From Flavobacteriales bacterium (lineage in GTDB: Bacteria; Bacteroidota; Bacteroidia; Flavobacteriales_F; PHOS-HE28): 64,000 nt of DNA. The notes below the pieces were generated by a model. The model ran no database searches. It saw only the letters and a program-made list of their open reading frames with translations, and was not told the origin of the DNA. Both the position numbers and the translations under genes were made by a program. The first letter of the stretch is position 1. Each line of letters starts with the position of its first letter. Shown here in pieces: positions 60,163 through 64,000 of the stretch. The stretch spans positions 20,117 to 84,116 of the forward strand of contig JBIIYP010000012.1 in NCBI GenBank assembly GCA_044346705.1. Reading direction: 5' to 3'.

Positions 60163-61350
60163 ATGAACACGCGGAACTTCCTTCCCCTCGCGATCACCGG
60201 TCTGACACTTGCCTGCCTGCCCGGCATGGTCGTGGCACAGACCGCCTCAACGACCGCAGCGTCCACATCGGGCGGCATCGATCCGAACTACCTCCTGCTC
60301 GGCGCGGCCATCCTCCAGGTCGTCATCATCCTCTCCCTGAGCAGTGTCATGCGCCTGCTGGGTGGTTCCGGCAAGGTGTGGTCGGACCGCGCCCGCAAGA
60401 CCGGCACCGCCATGCTTGTGCTGTTCATGATGAGCGGCACCAGCGATGCCCAGGCCGCTCCCGGTCCCACACAATGGACGCCCGACCAGTTGTTCTATGT
60501 GCTGGTGATGGTGAACGTCTTCCTGTTCATCCTCCTGTTGGCGCAAGTGAACCTGTTACGCAGCATGACCCGCAGCCTCGTCGGTCGCCCGGAGGAGGCC
60601 GCTCAAGCCGCAGCTGCGGTGAAAGGACCCTCGTTCGGGTCAAGGATCCTGCAGGCGCTCACCCGTCGCGTGTCGATGGAGAAGGAGCAGGATCTGCTGA
60701 TGCACCACGAGTACGATGGCATCCGCGAACTGGACAATGCGCTTCCGCCCTGGTGGCTGTGGCTGTTCTATGGTTGTATCGCGTGGAGCGTCGTTTATCT
60801 CGTGAACGTGCACGTGACCGGTGTTTGGCCCGACCAGAAGACCGAGTATGAGCAGGAGATGGCGGAGGCCAAGGCCGAGGTCGCCGCTTACGTGGCCCGG
60901 TTGGGTGCGAGCGTGGACGAGAGCTCAGTGACCTTGTTGACCGACGCCGTGAGCATCACTGCCGGCAAGGGTCTGTTCGAGGCCAATTGCGTGGCCTGTC
61001 ACGGTGCTGATGCCGAAGGCAAGATCAGCCTGGGGCCGAACCTTACGGATGCTTATTGGATCCACGGTGGTGGCATCAAGAACGTCTTCACCACCATCAA
61101 GTACGGCGTGACCTCAAAGGGCATGATCGCGTGGAAGACACAAATGAAGGCGAACGAATTGCACGCGGTGGCCAGTTACGTGCTCAGCCTGCAGGGAATC
61201 AACCCGGCGAACGCCCAGCCTGCCCAGGGTGAGCTGTGGAAGGAGGAGGGTGCCGCGGCCACCGACAGCACAGCGACCGTTCCGCCCGATAGCACCCTCG
61301 CACCGGCCGATAGCCTGAAGAGCCAGCCCAGTTTGGCGCAAGCACAATGA
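60163..61350 (+). CDS. ccoP: cbb3 oxidase cytochrome c subunit CcoP (monohaem, N-terminally extended)
   Basis: HEYDGIRELDNALPPWWLWLFY, a single CVACH, GPNLTDAYWIHGG, KGMIAW. Confidence 0.92.
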   Translation: MNTRNFLPLAITGLTLACLPGMVVAQTASTTAASTSGGIDPNYLLLGAAILQVVIILSLSSVMRLLGGSGKVWSDRARKTGTAMLVLFMMSGTSDAQAAPGPTQWTPDQLFYVLVMVNVFLFILLLAQVNLLRSMTRSLVGRPEEAAQAAAAVKGPSFGSRILQALTRRVSMEKEQDLLMHHEYDGIRELDNALPPWWLWLFYGCIAWSVVYLVNVHVTGVWPDQKTEYEQEMAEAKAEVAAYVARLGASVDESSVTLLTDAVSITAGKGLFEANCVACHGADAEGKISLGPNLTDAYWIHGGGIKNVFTTIKYGVTSKGMIAWKTQMKANELHAVASYVLSLQGINPANAQPAQGELWKEEGAAATDSTATVPPDSTLAPADSLKSQPSLAQAQ

Positions 61351-62780
61351 GCGAAGGCCAGGACCCGGTGACGGAGGAACGGGACGCGGAAGGCTTCCGT
61401 GACTCCATCGCCACGGTCGACAAGAAGGGGAAGCGCATCTGGATCTACCCCAAGAAGCCCTCCGGGCGCTTCTTCAACTGGCGCAAGTTGTTCGGCTATG
61501 CGCTGATCGTGATGTTGCTCGCAGGGCCGTTCATCCGCATCGCGGGGGAGCCCCTGTTGATGATCAACATCCCGGAGCGGAGGTTCGTGTTCTTCGGCCA
61601 GACCTTCTGGCCACAGGACATCCACCTGTTCGTGCTCGGCTTCATCACCTTCATCCTTTTCGTCGCCCTCTTCACGGTCGCCTTCGGCCGCCTCTTCTGT
61701 GGCTGGGCCTGTCCGCAGACCGTGTTCATGGAGCTGGTCTACCGCCGCATCGAGTATTGGATCGAGGGCGACCGGCAGCACCAGATGGCCTTGAACAAGG
61801 GGCCTTGGACCTGGACGAAGCTGGGTAAGAAGACGCTGAAGCATACACTCTTCTTCGCCATCGCGTTCGTCATCGGGAACACGCTCTTGGGCTACATCGT
61901 GGGCAGCGATCAGTTGCTGCGCATCATCACCGAGCCCATGTCCGCGCATGTCGGCGGCTTCCTGACGATGATCGGGTTCTCCCTTGTGTTCTATGGGGTC
62001 TTCGCGTTCATGCGCGAACAGGTGTGCACCACGGTCTGTCCGTACGGCCGGCTGCAAGGCGTGCTGTTGGACCGCCATTCCACGGTGATCGCCTACGACC
62101 ATGTACGAGGGGAGCAACGCGCCAAGTTCCGCAAGGGCGAGGAGCGGAGCACGGCCGGCAAGGGCGATTGCATCGACTGCAAGGCCTGTGTGCATGTGTG
62201 CCCCACCGGCATCGATATCCGCAACGGCACCCAGCTGGAGTGTGTGAACTGCACGGCCTGCATCGACGCCTGTGACCACATGATGGACGGCGTGGGCCTG
62301 AAGCGAGGCCTGATCCGGTACGCCAGCGAGTCCGAGATCGCGGAGAAGCTCCCCTGGCGCTTCACCACGCGCATGAAGGCCTATTCCGCCGTGCTCACCC
62401 TGCTGGTGGGGGTGATCGTGGTGCTGCTCGTGACCCGCACCGACGTGGAGGCCACCGTGCTGCGCAATCCGGGTACGCTCTTTCAACGCCAGGACGATGG
62501 GCGCATCAGCAACCTTTATCAGTTCAAGGTGGTGAACAAGACCTCGCGGGACATGCCCATCCAGTTCCGGTTGCTGGACGCGCAGGGCGAGGTGCAGGTG
62601 GTGGGCAGGGAACTTGACCTGATGAACGCCCAGATGATCGAAGGCGAAATGTTCATCGTGCTGGACCCCGGACAGATGAAGGGTTACACCACCGAGCTTT
62701 CGGTGGGCATCTTCTCCGGCGACAAGTTGATCGATAAGGTGCGAACTTCGTTCATCGGACCCATGACCAAACGATCATGA
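61347..62780 (+). CDS. ccoG: Cytochrome c oxidase accessory protein CcoG
   Basis: FGRLFCGWACPQTVF, REQVCTTVCPYGRLQ, CIDCKACVHVCPTGIDIRNG.QLECVNCTACIDAC. Confidence 0.96.
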   Translation: MSEGQDPVTEERDAEGFRDSIATVDKKGKRIWIYPKKPSGRFFNWRKLFGYALIVMLLAGPFIRIAGEPLLMINIPERRFVFFGQTFWPQDIHLFVLGFITFILFVALFTVAFGRLFCGWACPQTVFMELVYRRIEYWIEGDRQHQMALNKGPWTWTKLGKKTLKHTLFFAIAFVIGNTLLGYIVGSDQLLRIITEPMSAHVGGFLTMIGFSLVFYGVFAFMREQVCTTVCPYGRLQGVLLDRHSTVIAYDHVRGEQRAKFRKGEERSTAGKGDCIDCKACVHVCPTGIDIRNGTQLECVNCTACIDACDHMMDGVGLKRGLIRYASESEIAEKLPWRFTTRMKAYSAVLTLLVGVIVVLLVTRTDVEATVLRNPGTLFQRQDDGRISNLYQFKVVNKTSRDMPIQFRLLDAQGEVQVVGRELDLMNAQMIEGEMFIVLDPGQMKGYTTELSVGIFSGDKLIDKVRTSFIGPMTKRS

Positions 62781-63220
62781 AGCTCAATTGGGGACACGGC
62801 ATCTTCATCACCATGACGATCTTCATCGTGCTGATGACATCGTTCATGGTGCGTGCATTCAACAACCAGGAGGAACTGGTGGCGGAGGATTACTACCAGC
62901 AGGAGCTGAAGTACCAGGACCGGATCGACCGGATGAACAATGCGAGCGAGGCGGGCGAGGCCATGCGCCCCGTGGTGAGCGAGGGTTCCCTCACGCTCAT
63001 CTTTCCGTCCAGCGTGCAAGGCAGGAACATCAGCGGTCAGGTACACTTGGTGAAGCCGAACGACAGCCGTGCGGACCAGGTCATCCCGCTTTCCGTGGAC
63101 AGTTCAGGTCGTAGTTCGTTCGATACGCGCAGCTGGATGAAAGGCGTCTATCATCTTCAGGTGGATTGGAACATGGACGGCGTGGACCACTTCAGCGAGG
63201 AGCATATCCACATCCCGTGA
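62777..63220 (+). CDS. ccoH: FixH/CcoH family protein
   Basis: MKLNWGHGI, ELVAEDYYQQELKYQ, KGVYHLQVDW; operon position after ccoG. Confidence 0.88.
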   Translation: MKLNWGHGIFITMTIFIVLMTSFMVRAFNNQEELVAEDYYQQELKYQDRIDRMNNASEAGEAMRPVVSEGSLTLIFPSSVQGRNISGQVHLVKPNDSRADQVIPLSVDSSGRSSFDTRSWMKGVYHLQVDWNMDGVDHFSEEHIHIP

Positions 63221-63921
63221 TCGCCTTCCTGGGTCCTGCGTTCCTGCTCGGCGCCCTGGGCAGCGCTCATTGCGTGGGCATGTGCGGGCCGATCGCCTTG
63301 GCGGTCCCTTCGGCACGCACGTCGTTCCTCGGCAGGACCGGTGATGCGCTGCTGCTCAACGGTGGCCGCGTGGTGACCTATGCTCTTCTCGGAGCCCTTT
63401 TCGGTGTCTTCGGACGGGGGGTGCATCTCGCCGGGTTGCAACAGGGTGTCTCCGTGGTGCTCGGTGTCATCATGCTTCTGGTGGTGATCGTGCCGGCGCT
63501 CTTCCGCAAGGACCTTTTCGCCGGTGCTGCGCTGGGCTCCATCGGGGCCTTGCGTGGTGCCATGGCCCGCAACCTGCGGCGCACCTCGCCGGAAGGTCTG
63601 ATGGTCACGGGGCTGCTGAACGGCTTGTTGCCATGCGGCCTGGTGTACCTCGCCATCGCCGGAGCATTGGTCCAGGACGGGGCCTGGAACGGAGCGTTGT
63701 TCATGGCCGCCTTCGGACTGGGTACCTGGCCGGCGTTGTTCGCCGTGCGACTGGGGAGCACGTGGATCACGGATCACTGGCGGTCCGCTCTTCGGCGCTC
63801 GCAGCCTTATGTGTTCGCCATCATGGGCCTGCTCTTCATCCTGCGGGGATTGGGCCTGGGAATACCCTACGTGAGCCCGGTGATCCACGATGTGCCCGTC
63901 GGGCAGCAGGACTGTCCGTGA
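63217..63921 (+). CDS. TauE/SafE-like (DsbD_2) membrane protein of cbb3 clusters
   Basis: GALGSAHCVGMCGPI, NGGRVVTYALLG, GLLNGLLPCGLVY, FGLGTWPAL; start GTG 63217 overlaps the ccoH stop. Confidence 0.88.
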   Translation: MIAFLGPAFLLGALGSAHCVGMCGPIALAVPSARTSFLGRTGDALLLNGGRVVTYALLGALFGVFGRGVHLAGLQQGVSVVLGVIMLLVVIVPALFRKDLFAGAALGSIGALRGAMARNLRRTSPEGLMVTGLLNGLLPCGLVYLAIAGALVQDGAWNGALFMAAFGLGTWPALFAVRLGSTWITDHWRSALRRSQPYVFAIMGLLFILRGLGLGIPYVSPVIHDVPVGQQDCP

Positions 63922-63928
63922 AGTGCGT

Positions 63929-64000
63929 TCAGGCGCGGGCCTCGGCCTTACGGCTCTTGAGGACCTCGCGATAGTACTTCATCGGCACCAGCAGCATGCC
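63929..64000 (-). CDS. 3' end of a gene entering from the right, possibly a beta-carotene hydroxylase (CrtZ)/sterol-desaturase family protein
   Basis: The minus strand reads GMLLVPMKYYREVLKSRKAEARA*; GMLxVPxKY recalls the C-terminus of flavobacterial CrtZ. Only 23 aa are visible. Confidence 0.45.
   Translation of the reverse strand, partial: GMLLVPMKYYREVLKSRKAEARA

Noticed and set aside
60212-60229. CCTGCCTGCCCGGCATGG in ccoP, resembling half of the 21-nt ORF6N element
   Set aside because: The right arm is missing and it encodes an ordinary signal-like peptide; a chance match in GC-rich DNA is likely.

Overview
A 64 kb, GC-rich (about 60-68% in the 60-nt lines counted by eye) chromosomal window from a Bacteroidota genome, probably a Flavobacteriales-like lineage. 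The assignment rests on T9SS C-terminal-domain proteins, a PorV/PorU-like pair, fused ccoN-O, DUF2795 next to secA, and many TAnnTTTG/TAnnTTCG -7 promoter boxes. It is mostly housekeeping: gcvP, hemL, kynU-kmo, recQ, tatC, lptB, purS, pssA, lnt, hemH, pabB-tilS, dsbD, gmhA, a ComM/YifB ATPase, secA and a complete cbb3 oxidase cluster (ccoI-S-NO-Q-P-G-H plus a TauE/DsbD_2 gene). I saw no rRNA, tRNA, CRISPR array, integrase or transposase. The most unusual signals are: (1) an ORF6N gene with three in-frame palindromic micro-insertions, two of them 21-nt near-copies that each split an ATC codon at A^TC; (2) degenerate 7/8-mer inverted arrays in intergenic gaps; (3) a shared TGA-N6-TCA Crp/Fnr-like box at ccoI, ccoS and the hemL/kynU divergon; (4) a 96-aa conserved hypothetical protein with an Hfq/Sm-like sequence pattern; (5) three DsbD N-terminal redox domains; (6) a PorV2-PorU2-like possible second T9SS sortase module; (7) a tandem array of T9SS cargo paralogues. 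All family assignments come from motifs recognised by eye; no database search was run.
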